A DNA stretch of 63,682 nt, the filler included, from Welwitschia mirabilis (taxonomy: Eukaryota), in assembly GCA_051453625.1 (NCBI GenBank). It is 5 parts of one record of this genome, joined end to end, with 100 filler letters (N's around TTAATTAATTAA, not from the genome) between each part and the next. Parts side by side here need not be neighbours in the genome. Positions count along the whole stretch, not along the records: positions 1 to 25,069 come from JBOZIK010000001.1; positions 25,170 to 35,936 come from JBOZIK010000001.1; positions 36,037 to 56,170 come from JBOZIK010000001.1; 2 more parts are not named here. One strand, written 5' to 3'. The notes under the pieces are model-generated. The model did no database searches. It saw only the letters and a list, made by a program, of their open reading frames with translations, and was not told the DNA's origin. Below, piece after piece: positions 25,029 to 38,971 of the stretch (positions are counted from its first letter, which is position 1; the number at the start of each line of letters is the position of its first letter). The translations under genes and the position numbers were made by a program.

Positions 25029-25069
25029 CAACATTTTAAAAATAAAAAGAAATAACTAGTTTTAGGAAT

Positions 25070-25169
25070 NNNNNNNNNNNNNNNNNNNNNNNNNNNNNNN
25101 NNNNNNNNNNNNNTTAATTAATTAANNNNNNNNNNNNNNNNNNNNNNNNNNNNNNNNNNNNNNNNNNNN
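25070..25169. other. Artificial contig linker N44-TTAATTAATTAA-N44
   Basis: Identical 100-nt structure also at 35937, 56171 and 61426. Confidence 0.95.
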
Positions 25170-25389
25170 TTAGTGTATCAGCCTCAATGTTTTATAAGAA
25201 GTTATCTTAGAAATGTCAAGTATTAAAAATTGCTTAGAATGCTGTGAATCATCATGGACATTGCATGTTTTTATCTCTTTCATCTCAGCTCTTCATTATC
25301 ATGGAAATCAAGAATTTACCTATCTATTAACATGTAAAACCACTCAAAATACTCTATCAAACATGCGTAAGTTAGCAGACAGTCATTCA

Positions 25390-28250
25390 TCATTATATTT
25401 AGTATTACTTTATTTTTCATCAATTCTTATGTGAACGTAGTCTTTCATTCTACCAAAGCTTAATTTGAATACATGACATACTCTACTTATTTTAGAGTAG
25501 CCAAGAAAAATGCCTTTTATTAATTTAAGATCAAACTTCTTTATATTTTAAGCATCTTTCAGTATGTAGCAATTACTCCCAAAAATTTTAAAGTATGACA
25601 AATTCATTCTTCAACATTTTAAAGGTCATAGGGAATTTTAGTATTTCCATGTATATGGAAGCCTTAATTGGAAATATAAGAAGTAGTATAGAAATTTTTA
25701 GCCTAAAATCTCTTTTCTATGTCCTTTTCTTATAGCATGGTTTTTGTAATTTGGTTATACCACTTTGTCTTTCCTTAAAACAATACCATTTTATTAAGGA
25801 GGTTTGGATGATGAAAACTCATAAACTAAGCATTTATCTTTTATATTACTCATCAAACTTTTTATTTTCAAATTCTTCACCATGATTACTTCTTATTTCT
25901 TGAAGTTGGGATTTTATTTCATGGTTTACTCTTTTGTAGAATACCTTTAAATTTATCAAAAACTTCATGATATATCTAAATTAGTGAAAAGAACATTACC
26001 ATATAAATAACTTAAATAAGTTCTAGGGATGTCAATTATAAAACTTTTAAAGATCATACCTTTCCTTAGGGAGTATGCCATCATAATCACCCAAATAAAT
26101 AGTTTAATTATGCCCATGTCAGTTAATCTATCCTTTAAATAGAGGTGTATCCTAACCACTACACAATCATCATATAAATCAATTTAAATAAAATTTTATT
26201 ATGTAGCTAGTATAATTAATTATTCTCCTTACAGCATAACATAAAGATTAGTTAATTTAATTCATGATTATATAAAATATTTAACATCTTAGATCAATTT
26301 AAACAAGTATATCCATCATATTTGGGATAGTCTTTCTATAAATATATTGGTTTTTAAGTAGAATTTTCTATAGGTTTATTAGATTTTTAGATAGTCTTAT
26401 CTATAAATCTATTAATCTTTAGATAGAATTTTCTATTAGATTGTATGATTTTAAACAACATTTTCTATAAATATTTTACCTTTTAGATAGTCATTTTTAT
26501 TCCTGGATAAGCTTTCTAAATTTTTAATTTTTGCTAAGGTTTTTCCATGGATGACCCACCTATACAATCTTTTGAAAGATATTTATAATCTTATTTTATA
26601 AGTAGAGGGATAACTAACTCTTATATTAGTTTTATTCTTACTTCTAAAATATTTAAATATTTATTAAAGACTATACCTTATGATTTGTATTTCTTTAAAT
26701 TATTGGCTTTTTGCCTTGTCATACTAGTTTTTTAACTCATGTCTAGAGCATTGTTTGATTAAAGGATGTTAAGGTTATTCATACTCAATTTTATACATGT
26801 AGCTTTACTTTAGTTAAGGTTTCTAATTCCTTCATAGTGAGAACTTTCTAGACAAACTATAATATTTGTAACTTACACATGAAAATTTAACTTTAATGTT
26901 AATAAATCAATTCATGAATACATTCCATATTATGTTGAACTTCCTAATCATCCCTTCATTTTCTCTCTAGTTAAGAATGATATTATTAAATTGGTCAGAA
27001 AAATTCTACATAAAAATTCTTATCATGTTAGTGGATTTTATTTTTGGAGGTATTTTATTGAAGTCAATATTTCTCAGTAGAAGTACTCCTTATCCCTATA
27101 ATAGAATGGGTATCTCTTCATCCAAAAACTTAAATATCCAATCTTCCCAACTCTTATAATAATTATTATCATGAAGGACATCATATTTTTACATGCCATT
27201 ATTTGGAAAGTAAGAAATAATGAAATAAGTGTCAAGCTAACAGATCTATTCCCTCTTTTGGATTCTAACCTTCCTCTAGCAACTCTGTCTTTGTTAAATT
27301 TGTGCATCTTGTTCCATTTCCTTTTCTCTGGATACTATTTTAAAAAAATAACATTTACATCTTGCTTTCACTTAGTAACTATAGCCTAAACTTAACATCA
27401 GTGGAAAATATTTGAATTTTCCTCATTAATCTCCCTTTTAGTTTTGTAATCATAATGGATTTGTTGAAGCTACTAAGGGAAATGGGTAAATATCTCCTCC
27501 ATAATGAATCTATTTTTCATTTCTTCAAAAGCTTTTAATTTTAAATTCCTAGTGAAGATAAATAATCATTTTTGACTTTCCAAGGAAATATGAATGTTGA
27601 TAAGTAAACATATGTGGATTTTTTAGGGGATGTTTATATAAAACCACATCCTTTTTAACATAAATATTCACTATTGGAATGTTTAAGGTCTTACTGATAG
27701 GATTTTATGTAAACATGCTAGAAATCTTTTTTTAGTTTAGGTTTTATTTTTTAAATATTTATTTTTCTTTGGAACATGAAAATCTCTTACCAAGAATTAT
27801 CTATTTTGGCATATTGGTTATTTCCTTATTTAACAATCATTTTACTACTCATAAATAAGGACAAGGAGGTACTAATATACTTTGGAAATATAAAGTTATT
27901 TGGTTTGTCTCAGATTTGGAAAATCAAATTGCTTGGGCTAATTTCTCTTTATCTTATTGTCGTTCTGATACTTGTTCAATTTATACTCCAAATGGCTTAG
28001 AGAAGAGATTTCTTTATGATAAGAGCTTTTGTAGCTCCTTTCCTCTATTCGATGATTATTTGGTAGTGATTTCAATGTTGATGAAGTTTCTAATGATAAA
28101 TTTAAAGGTCTTTCTTCTTTCATTCAAGAGTAACAATAAAATTATAGTTTTAGTTTCAAATAAAAGTTTTTTTTTAAGATATGGATGGAGGTAAATCAAG
28201 TTATATTCTCTATAGATATACTTAAAGCAAATTTCATCTTAGAAAAGCTC
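25390..28250 (-). mobile_element. Very decayed Ty1/copia (Sirevirus-like) gag and integrase remnant
   Basis: Minus strand integrase: QLQEIRSNHGEEFENKKFD, EFSSSKPP**NG, FKIFGSNCYILKD, KFDLK..KGIFLGYS (25400-26100). UBN2-like gag MKEE.. near 28120. Confidence 0.7.
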
Positions 28251-28443
28251 ATATCTTTAGCATGTTAGGCATATTTTATTTATTTGCACTTTTTTTTTGA
28301 AGGTTAAATTTGCATGCTAAGGTTCTTTAGCATGCACAACTATCAGTTCATTTTATAATTTAGATCAAGACTATAATTAAAATTAATGGTACTCTTACTA
28401 ACACTAAATGTTATTAATCTAATTACATGCTAGAACTTTATGT

Positions 28444-31400
28444 TACAATCCACACTTTGTAATCTTTAATTAGTAACTGTAATGACATGATTAGGAGATT
28501 TTTTAAACTGTATAATACATTTTGATATCAATTTTAATGAAAATCCTTTTTTTAAGTGAGAATCAATGTGTAGCCTTACAATCAATAATGTATTATATTG
28601 CTTATGTCAAACATATATTTTGATTATAGATACTCATAAGATTACTTAATTGTTCAATTTTAGTTTTGGGTAATTTTATTATTTTAAATTATAATAATAA
28701 TTATAAAATTTTTAATACTAAATAAACCTATTTATGACTAGATAAGCCATTTACATGGTTAAATAGTTAAATTGAAAAACCCATATGAAGGTATAAAATA
28801 AGATCTGCAAAAATGGCATGTGATGTATTTATTTTAATCATTTATCTATTGCCTTATTCAAAAAGAAATTAAAATTACTTGATNNNNNNNNNNNNNNNNN
28901 NNNNNNNNNNNNNNNNNNNNNNNNNNNNNNNNNNNNNNNNNNNNNNNNNNNNNNNNNNNNNNNNNNNNNNNNNNNNNNNNNNNNNNNNNNNNNNNNNNNN
29001 NNNNNNNNNNNNNNNNNNNNNNNNNNNNNNNNNNNNNNNNNNNNNNNNNNNNNNNNNNNNNNNNNNNGTGTAAACATGTGAATAAGAATATGCACTCTTA
29101 TCCATAAACTAAAAAGGATAAATGAGTTGAATTTATTCTATAATTACTTTATCTTTATTGATATTCGTGGAAGTAATTTATGCATAAAATGTTATTTTTC
29201 TTGTTGTATCACATAATAATTTTGAAATTGATGAATTTGTTCTTCTAATTCACTTTAAATATGTTTTGGATTGATTATGAATCTATAAAGGATTAAGAAG
29301 GAAATAGCGTAAGGAAATGATGCATGTAATTAATCTTGTTAATTAAAGTAAGAAAATTACTCANNNNNNNNNNNNNNNNNNNNNNNNNNNNNNNNNNNNN
29401 NNNNNNNNNNNNNNNNNNNNNNNNNNNNNNNNNNNNNNNNNNNNNNNNNNNNNNNNNNNNNNNCACCCGAATTAGATGCATGAGCTATAAATAATATTCC
29501 TTTTGTCATTTATCCATCACTTTCACTTCTTACATAAGCTCTTACAACTTCTTATTAATCAATCTTATCAATTTCACTTATACACAAGCTCATCCAACTT
29601 GTCATTGGTTAATCTTATCATTATCATTTACATGTTCATATTACTTTTACATAAAGTCCATCCAACTTACCGTTGATTAATCTTATCATTATTATTTACA
29701 TATCAATGNNNNNNNNNNNNNNNNNNNNNNNNNNNNNNNNNNNNNNNNNNNNNNNNNNNNNNNNNNNNNNNNNNNNNNNNNNNNNNNNNNNNNNNNNNNN
29801 NNNNNNNNNNNNNNNNNNNNNNNNNNNNNNNNNNNNNNNNNNNNNNNNNNNNNNNNNNNNNNNNNNNNNNNNNNNNNNNNNNNNNNNNNNNNNNNNNNNN
29901 NNNNNNNNNNNNNNNNNNNNNNNNNNNNNNNNNNNNNNNNNNNNNNNNNNNNNNNNNNNNNNNNNNNNNNNNNNNNNNNNNNNNNNNNNNNNNNNNNNNN
30001 NNNNNNNNNNNNNNNNNNNNNNNNNNNNNNNNNNNNNNNNNNNNNNNNNNNNNNNNNNNNNNNNNNNNNNNNNNNNNNNNNNNNNNNNNNNNNNNNNNNN
30101 NNNNNNNNNNNNNNNNNNNNNNNNNNNNNNNNNNNNNNNNNNNNNNNNNNNNNNNNNNNNNNNNNNNNNNNNNNNNNNNNNNNNNNNNNNNNNNNNNNNN
30201 NNNNNNNNNNNNNNNNNNNNNNNNNNNNNNNNNNNNNNNNNNNNNNNNNNNNNNNNNNNNNNNNNNNNNNNNNNNNNNNNNNNNNNNNNNNNNNNNNNNN
30301 NNNNNNNNNNNNNNNNNNNNNNNNNNNNNNNNNNNNNNNNNNNNNNNNNNNNNNNNNNNNNNNNNNNNNNNNNNNNNNNNNNNNNNNNNNNNNNNNNNNN
30401 NNNNNNNNNNNNNNNNNNNNNNNNNNNNNNNNNNNNNNNNNNNNNNNNNNNNNNNNNNNNNNNNNNNNNNNNNNNNNNNNNNNNNNNNNNNNNNNNNNNN
30501 NNNNNNNNNNNNNNNNNNNNNNNNNNNNNNNNNNNNNNNNNNNNNNNNNNNNNNNNNNNNNNNNNNNNNNNNNNNNNNNNNNNNNNNNNNNNNNNNNNNN
30601 NNNNNNNNNNNNNNNCTCTAAGGTGAAGTAAATTAAGAGAGTTATAACTCATTTAATACTACATAAAAATTTATGAATTTTTTTTAGTATAGAATCATGT
30701 TAGAAAGTTAAAAGTTCTAAAATAGTAAATTTTTTGACTATAAAATAATTTTTAAAATTTCTTTTATAAAAATATCTTGAAAATTATAAGCAGAAAACAA
30801 CAAGTATAAAGTTTCATTCTTTAGAATCTATGGAATGTTTTGAATAAAAATGGAGTAGTACAACTTGTATCAAACTTAATAATCATTTAAAAAGTATTTA
30901 CTCATTAAAAAGCTCTAACTAGATTAAAAGTTATGGTCATTTTATTGAATAATATTAATTTAGTAGTTTACAAACTTAGGCAATTTTTATAGTTTAAAGT
31001 TTTAATGTGTAAGATATATCTAAGATAATTTAAATTTATTAAAATTAGTTTTTAAGAATAGTATAATTAGTTTAGTTTAAGCAAATTAAGTCTAATTTAT
31101 TTTTAATTTTTAATAAATTTAAATTTAAATTTTAATAAATTTAATAAATAATATAAAAATGAATGTATGAGATATATCTAAGCTAATTAAGTTCATTTTA
31201 TATTTTTTAATCATTTTTATATTATTTATTAAAATTTATTCTTTTAGTCTTAACTTTCAAACATAAACATTAGGGTTGTCTACTTAATAATTCCAGAGAT
31301 GTGTAGCCTAATTGATTAGCTTCATTAATGCTTCTTTTTGATTTAAAAATATATTTTTTTACCTAACTTTATTTTCATATAAACACTTAAAAGTTATAAA

Positions 31401-32468
31401 AAAAGGTTTAGAAGTTGGATTAGTTTCATAAATAGAGCATGTTTTTATCATAGAACTTGGACATATTAATGTGTCTTATTTAAAAACAACTCTTATAATG
31501 TAGAAAAATGAAGAGATGCTTTCTTTCATTTATTTTAATTGTTACACTTTGAAAATGTATGACTTTTCCCTTATGTAAGATCAAAAAGATGTGTATATGT
31601 TCTACTCTTATTTTGTATGATTGTTTTCTTAAAATAAACCTAATAATGATTAGATTATTTCTACTAGGTAAACAATCCACTAAATATTCACATATTATAT
31701 GATCGCATTTGTATGATGTATTCATTCAACTAAACTAAGATAATCTTAATAATTATTCATCCTCATACTTGGATTTCATCACCAAGGAAAGTTGCATTTT
31801 ACTTTTATTTTTAAACCTATCTAGAAGTNNNNNNNNNNNNNNNNNNNNNNNNNNNNNNNNNNNNNNNNNNNNNNNNNNNNNNNNNNNNNNNNNNNNNNNN
31901 NNNNNNNNNNNNNNNNNNNNNNNNNNNNNNNNNNNNNNNNNNNNNNNNNNNNNNNNNNNNNNNNNNNNNNNNNNNNNNNNNNNNNNNNNNNNNNNNNNNN
32001 NNNNNNNNNNNNNNNNNNNNNNNNNNNNNNNNNNNNNNNNNNNNNNNNNNNNNNNNNNNNNNNNNNNNNNNNNNNNNNNNNNNNNNNNNNNNNNNNNNNN
32101 NNNNNNNNNNNNNNNNNNNNNNNNNNNNNNNNNNNNNNNNNNNNNNNNNNNNNNNNNNNNNNNNNNNNNNNNNNNNNNNNNNNNNNNNNNNNNNNNNNNN
32201 NNNNNNNNNNNNNNNNNNNNNNNNNNNNNNNNNNATGACAAAAACAAAAGTTAAGAATAAATATAGGATACAATTTTAACATCATTATCATATGCCAATC
32301 AGAAGGTCTATAGTTAAGTAATAATTATGTTCTCTAGTTATTTTAAATTTTATAATGCTTTAATAGGGTCTAAATAGGATTTTATCCTAGGTTTTATTAT
32401 ACATATTAGTTGCTAATGCTTAGAAAAAACTATGGTTAATTAGGGTAATTAAAATTAGAGTATTGAAT
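28444..32468 (+). repeat. 5' LTR (~4 kb) of the gypsy element
   Basis: Collinear similarity with 38972-44106 over all sequenced parts; followed by a PBS-like motif. Confidence 0.75.
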
Positions 32469-35400
32469 AATGGTATTATAGCTTAAGTTAACTTAAATTA
32501 TGTCCATGTCAATTACTTGAAAAATAAATTTGATGACATCCATTATAAACTTAATTTCTAATTAACTAGAAAAATTAATTCTATTGATGATAATTTTTAT
32601 CCCTAAAATAATTATGAAATTAATTATCTCATAATCATCCCAAGTTATAAATAATTATAGATATTTATAATTATCTTAGTTGGATAGTAATTATGAAGTT
32701 AATTATATCCATTATAATCCTATTTTATGAATCATCTTAAAGTTACTTATATTTAAGTTAATTCACATTTCCTAAGCAAAAATGAAATNNNNNNNNNNNN
32801 NNNNNNNNNNNNNNNNNNNNNNNNNNNNNNNNNNNNNNNNNNNNNNNNNNNNNNNNNNNNNNNNNNNNNNNNNNNNNNNNNNNNNNNNNNNNNNNNNNNN
32901 NNNNNNNNNNNNNNNNNNNNNNNNNNNNNNNNNNNNNNNNNNNNNNNNNNNNNNNNNNNNNNNNNNNNNNNNNNNNNNNNNNNNNNNNNNNNNNNNNNNN
33001 NNNNNNNNNNNNNNNNNNNNNNNNNNNNNNNNNNNNNNNNNNNNNNNNNNNNNNNNNNNNNNNNTTTATGAATCATCTTAAAGTTAGTTATATTTAAGTT
33101 AATTCCCATTTCCTAAGCAAAAATGAAATTAATCATATTTGTAATAATCATGAATTTAATTATATCTATGATGGTTCTAACCTTAAATAATCATGAATTT
33201 AATGATGGTACTAACCCATAAATGATTAACTTAGTTATGCTCATGCTAACCTTAAGAGCCATGTAGTAATTATGCCCATGATAATCTTAGTTACTAGATA
33301 ATTATATCTATAAAAATCATAATAATCAATTAATCATAAAATGAATTATATCCATGATAATCTTAATCTCTAAATAATCATTAAGTTAATTATATCCATG
33401 CTAACTCTACTTATTAAGTAATCTTAAATGGAGAATTAGTGCTTAATCAAGTCTTTAAGAACTTTATTATCTTATGGATAGGGATAATGACCTTTACTTA
33501 TTAAACCCATACTTTCATATGATAGCTTATAGATCCTGATCAATTTAAGAAAAACATAAATGAATATATTATAAGTGTATATACCCTTACATATATATAT
33601 ATAATAATAAATTAAACCTTTGTATAGTTTATATTAAATACATGATTAATTATATAATTCTCCTAATGCCTTCTAATTATAATCCCTACAAGTAACTTAT
33701 GAGTATAACAAAACAAATCCCTCTGTGAACTTGATCATTTATCTTAAATTAATTACCTAATGGTTATAATACAATATTTATTAATAACATATGAACTTCA
33801 AGTTTTAATCTCATATTTATCTTCTTATCAGCCAAATCTAATGATAATTTTCATTTCTTTTAGGTGGCTTATCATCATCAACCAAGTTTTAGGGCTAATT
33901 TAATAGCACAACTAGTTAACTCAAGATAACTTAAGAACTAATTAACAACATAATTATAAAAATTAACCTCTTATTACTCTTAATCCAGAGGTATTAATGA
34001 GTGCATTCATGTAATTTCTATCATAAATAGTAAATCAAGGTCAAATCCCACAAATAAACAATGGTACCAATTAACCTAATAAGGATGTGGATATAAGGAA
34101 GTTAAGTCAAATATTTATTAAGTTAAACCCATCAAAATTTATAGGAAATTCAGATCCGTTAAAAGCAGAAGCATGGTTAAGTGATATAGAAAAGGTTATA
34201 GGAATCTTAGGATGTGATGAATATGAAAAAGATTCTTTAGGTATCTACATGTTACAAGAAGAAGCTAACTAATGGTGGAAAATAGAGATGACAAAGTCAG
34301 GTGAGGTGGAACTTTTATGGAAGAGTTTATGCACATATTTAAATAAAAATATATTACTAAGTTATACATTCATCAAAAGGTTATCTAATTCTACAATCTC
34401 AGACAAGCATCTAATGTGATCATAGCTTCTCATAAATATAAATTTGGGGAACTATTAAGATATGTATCACATATGCATCTTGATGAAGAAAGTATAGCAA
34501 ATCGTTCTGTTAATTATCTTCTCACTTTAATTGCTACAAAAGTATATATGTTCCAACATAGAACTTTAGCTAAGGCTATAGAAAAAGAAAAAATAGTAGA
34601 GCAAAACTAATAAAGACAATAAGAAAACAAGAAACCAATTCCTCCTAAGGATTCCAGATTTTAGGGATATCATTCACTTATGTCTTATCATAATAAGAAT
34701 TGGGATTTTAATAGGAGTAATGTTTCTAATAATAATAGTAGAAATAGGAATTTCAACCAAAATAAACATGCACCATTTAAGAGAAATTAAAATACTTCTA
34801 GTCAGAGTCATATGTGCAATCAACCATAAAGATCCAACTTTAAGAAGAATCCTAGCTAAATTCATTATTAAGGTTAGTTTAATAATGACTTTTAATGATT
34901 TAATTTGTAAAGAAAATCATAAGATTAAAGAATGTCCTTTAATTACTAAGAGACATCCTAAACAACAATTAGATAATCCTCAAGGATCACACACCATTCA
35001 ATAATCAATTAGATGACTTTAAGAAGTAATCAATAATTAAAGGGTGTAATTTTAAAGCTCAGTTATAGAAGGTAAATCTTTTTACTTAATAATATAGAAA
35101 TAATGATTTTATTTGATTATGGAGTAGCTTCTTATTTTATATTCCCTAGCGTTTTTCTAAGAGAAAACTTATGTTGTACTCCAATTGAGAAATGCATAGA
35201 GCTTGCAAATGGGTCCATAGTAAGGTTAATCATTACATCTAAAATTGTACTTTATTTATAACTAGAGGATACTTTTAAATTTAATTAATTATTATCAATT
35301 TAGGAAAATATGATGTTGTTTTGGGCATGAATTGGTTGATACAGAATAAGGTAGTTATAAATTATGAGAAGTGTCAAGTAGAGATGAAAAACCATGGACA

Positions 35401-35936
35401 AAAAATAATCTTTCAAGATTAACCCAAATCAACTGTAAATAACTTGATTAAAGTGAAGCATATAAAGAGGGAAATTCAGAAGGATTAATTAGTTTATATG
35501 CTTTGTCTAAAATCAGTTACCAAAAGGAAGAAGAAAATTCAATGAACAACATACCACTACTCCAATATTATATTAATCTATTTACAACAGAACTCCTAGG
35601 AATGCCACTTATTTGAGAAGTTAAAGAATGTATCATACAGAAATGAAAGAACTAAAAATTTAGCTTAAAGAACTTCTACAAAAAGGTTGTATTCATCCTA
35701 GTGTATCACCATGAGAGATACCAGTATTATTTATTAAGAAAAATAACAGAACACTTAGGTTATGCATTGATTATAGATAATTGAATAAAGTTACACTTAA
35801 GAACAAGTATCCATTTCCAAGAAAAGATAACCTCTTTTACCAACGCAAGAAAGCTAAGGTATTTTTCAAAGTTGATTTAAAATTTGACTATCATCAAATT
35901 TGAATTAAGGAAAAAGATATTCACAAATTAGCCTTC

Positions 35937-36036
35937 NNNNNNNNNNNNNNNNNNNNNNNNNNNNNNNNNNNNNNNNNNNNTTAATTAATTAANNNNNNNN
36001 NNNNNNNNNNNNNNNNNNNNNNNNNNNNNNNNNNNN
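35937..36036. other. Artificial contig linker N44-TTAATTAATTAA-N44
   Basis: Same 100-nt structure. Confidence 0.95.
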
Positions 36037-38971
36037 GAACTTTTCAGTTTATACTAATGTATGAAGAGAAGGTTTTAGAGATTTTCTTGAATAAGATAAA
36101 AGTGTAATAGCCTATGGATTAAGGAATCTTAAGATATATGATAGAAATTATCCTATTCATAATCTTGAATTAGATATAGTAATATTTACTTTAAAGTTAT
36201 GGAACCACTATCTCTATGGTGTTAAATTTTAAGTTTGAATTGATCATAAGAGTTTAAAATACATTTGCACCCAATCAAACTTCAATCTTAGGAAAAGAAT
36301 ATGAATGGAATTTTTGTGTCACTTTAATATTGAAATTTTATACTATGAAGTAAAGGGAATAAAGTTGTAAATTCTCTTAGTAGACATCGCTATCTTANNN
36401 NNNNNNNNNNNNNNNNNNNNNNNNNNNNNNNNNNNNNNNNNNNNNNNNNNNNNNNNNNNNNNNNNNNNNNNNNNNNNNNNNNNNNNNNNNNNNNNNNTTC
36501 TTTTTAATTATATTTATTGATGAAATTATCATTTATTATAAGTGTTATGAAAACATGAGAAACACTTGAGAATAGTCTTGAACACTTTAAGAAATCATTG
36601 ATAATATGTTAACATGGAAAAATGCTCCTTTTAGAAGAAAATCATTTAGTTATTGGATCATCTATGTAGTATCTAAGGAGGGTATTTTAGTTAATCCACA
36701 TAATGTTAAAGGTAATTATGAAATAGCTAGCACCTAATACTATTACTAAAATCAGGAGCTTTCTTGGCCTTGTTGGGTACTATCATCGATTCATCTTTAA
36801 CTTCTCTACAATAGTATCTTNNNNNNNNNNTATTTTATTTTTGCTATGAAGGCTAGATGGCTTGGTTATATCACCCTCATATCTGCAACTATTAGTGAAG
36901 TTAGAAGCTTTTTTGGTCTTGTTGGATGCCATGGTTATTTCATCCTCAATGTCTCTAAGATAACTTCTCACCTAATAAGTATTTTAAGGAAAAATAAAGG
37001 CTTTTAGTGGGAAAAAAATTTCAATAGTCCTTTGATCACTTTGAAGAGAATTTAACCAGTACTCTAGTTTTATAAACACCATATGATTCTAAGTTCTTTA
37101 CAATTTACATTGATGCATTAGGGAAAGGTCTTAGAGATTTTCTTGAATAAGAAAAAAGAGTAATATCTTATGGATAAAGAAAACTTAATACATATAAGAG
37201 AAACTACCATATTCATGATTTTGAATTAGCTATAGTAATATTTTTCTTTAAGTTATGAAAACATTATTTTTATGATGTTAAATTTTATATTTGAGCTATT
37301 CATAAGAGTTTAAAATACACATATACCCAACCAAACTTAAAACTTAGGCAAAGAAAATGGATGAAATTTTTGTGTAATTTTAATCTTGAAATTTTATACC
37401 ATAAAGGCAAAGGGAATAAAGTTGCAAATGCTCTTAGTAGACATGGCTATCTTAAAACAATTATTAAAATTTAAAGTTAAATACCTCTTATTATTGCAGA
37501 TGGTCAAAACAAAGATGAAAATTGTCAAAAATTAAAGGATCATTTACAGAAATTAATAAATTTAAAAGACTTTAGTATTGATTCAAAAGGTATTATTGAG
37601 TTCAACGAAAGATTCTTGGTTCTTAATGTAGATGAAATCAGACAAAAGCTACTGTTTAAATTTCATAATCTTCTAATATCAGGTCACTCTGGAGGAATAA
37701 AAATGTACCAAAACATAAAGCAAAAAATTTGGTGGCTAGGGATGAAAAAAGATACAACAAAATTTGTATCAAAGTGTCTAAATTGTCAGCAAGTTAAGAC
37801 AGAACATAGGAATCCAGTAGAACTATTCTATCCTCATTATGTTCCAGAATATAAATGGAATGTAATTTATATGGACTTTATATTAGGGCTTCTAAGAACC
37901 CCAAGAGCTAATGACTCAATTATGGTTATAATTGATAGGGTAACTAAATCAACACATTTCATTCTAGTAAAGTCTACTTATAGTGATAAGGATATAGCTA
38001 AAGTGTATATTCAGAATGATATTTGTTTTCATTGTGTACCCCTAGTGAGTATTTCTAACAAGGATTCAAAATTTACCTCTAAATTTTGGCAAGAAATATA
38101 ATTGGGTTTAGGAACTAAGCTAAACATGAGCACATCATTTCATCCTCAAACAAATGATCAGGCAGAAAGAGTCAATCAAATCCTAGATAATCTTCTTAGA
38201 GCATGTGTTCTTGATGAGCCTAAGAGTTGGAAAGAATACCTACTATTAGTGGAATTTGCATATAATAATAGTTATCAAAGTTTTATTCAAATGGATCCAT
38301 TTGAAACTTTATATGTTAGGAAATGAAGAGCACTAATTACATGGATAGAACCTGAGGAAATATTGACAATAAGACTAGAAATGTTACAAGAAATGGAAAC
38401 TACGATGAGAACCATCAAGAATAGATTAAAGGAAGCAACATATAGGAAAAAGATGGATGCAGATCATTGAAGAAGATACCTTGAATTCCAAGTAGGTGAT
38501 CATGTCTTCCTTAAGGTATCACCAATGAAACCAGTTATGTAAGAAGTTAAGAAATCAAAACTAGCTCCCAGATTTATTGAACCATTTTAAATATTAGTAC
38601 ATGTTAGACCTGTTGCATATAAACTTGTTCTACCTCCCTAATTGTTGCACATTCATAATGTTTTTCATGTGAATATGCTAAAAGATTATATTGTAGATCC
38701 TTCTCATATACTAAATTGATCTCATATTCAAGTGAAACTCGATTATTCATCTATAGAAGAATCAGAAGCAGTGTTGGACTAGTGAACTCTTACTTTTTAT
38801 AATAAAGAAACTCATCAAGTAAAGATGAAATAGAGTAATTATAGTCCTAATGAAGCTACTTGGAGCTAAAATAATTAATAAAAAATTAATATCAAAGTAT
38901 TTTTGAATCCATAACATGTAATCTTAGACTCTTAAATTATTATGTATATTGATTTTTAGAAGTGAATCCTT

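Noticed and set aside
24700..25039. His/Pro-rich and Cys/Ala-rich ORFs
   Set aside because: Translations of a microsatellite and G-tract.
25114..25125. TTAATTAATTAA as a biological palindrome or piggyBac-like site
   Set aside because: Always centred in exactly 44+44 N, so it is an assembly linker.
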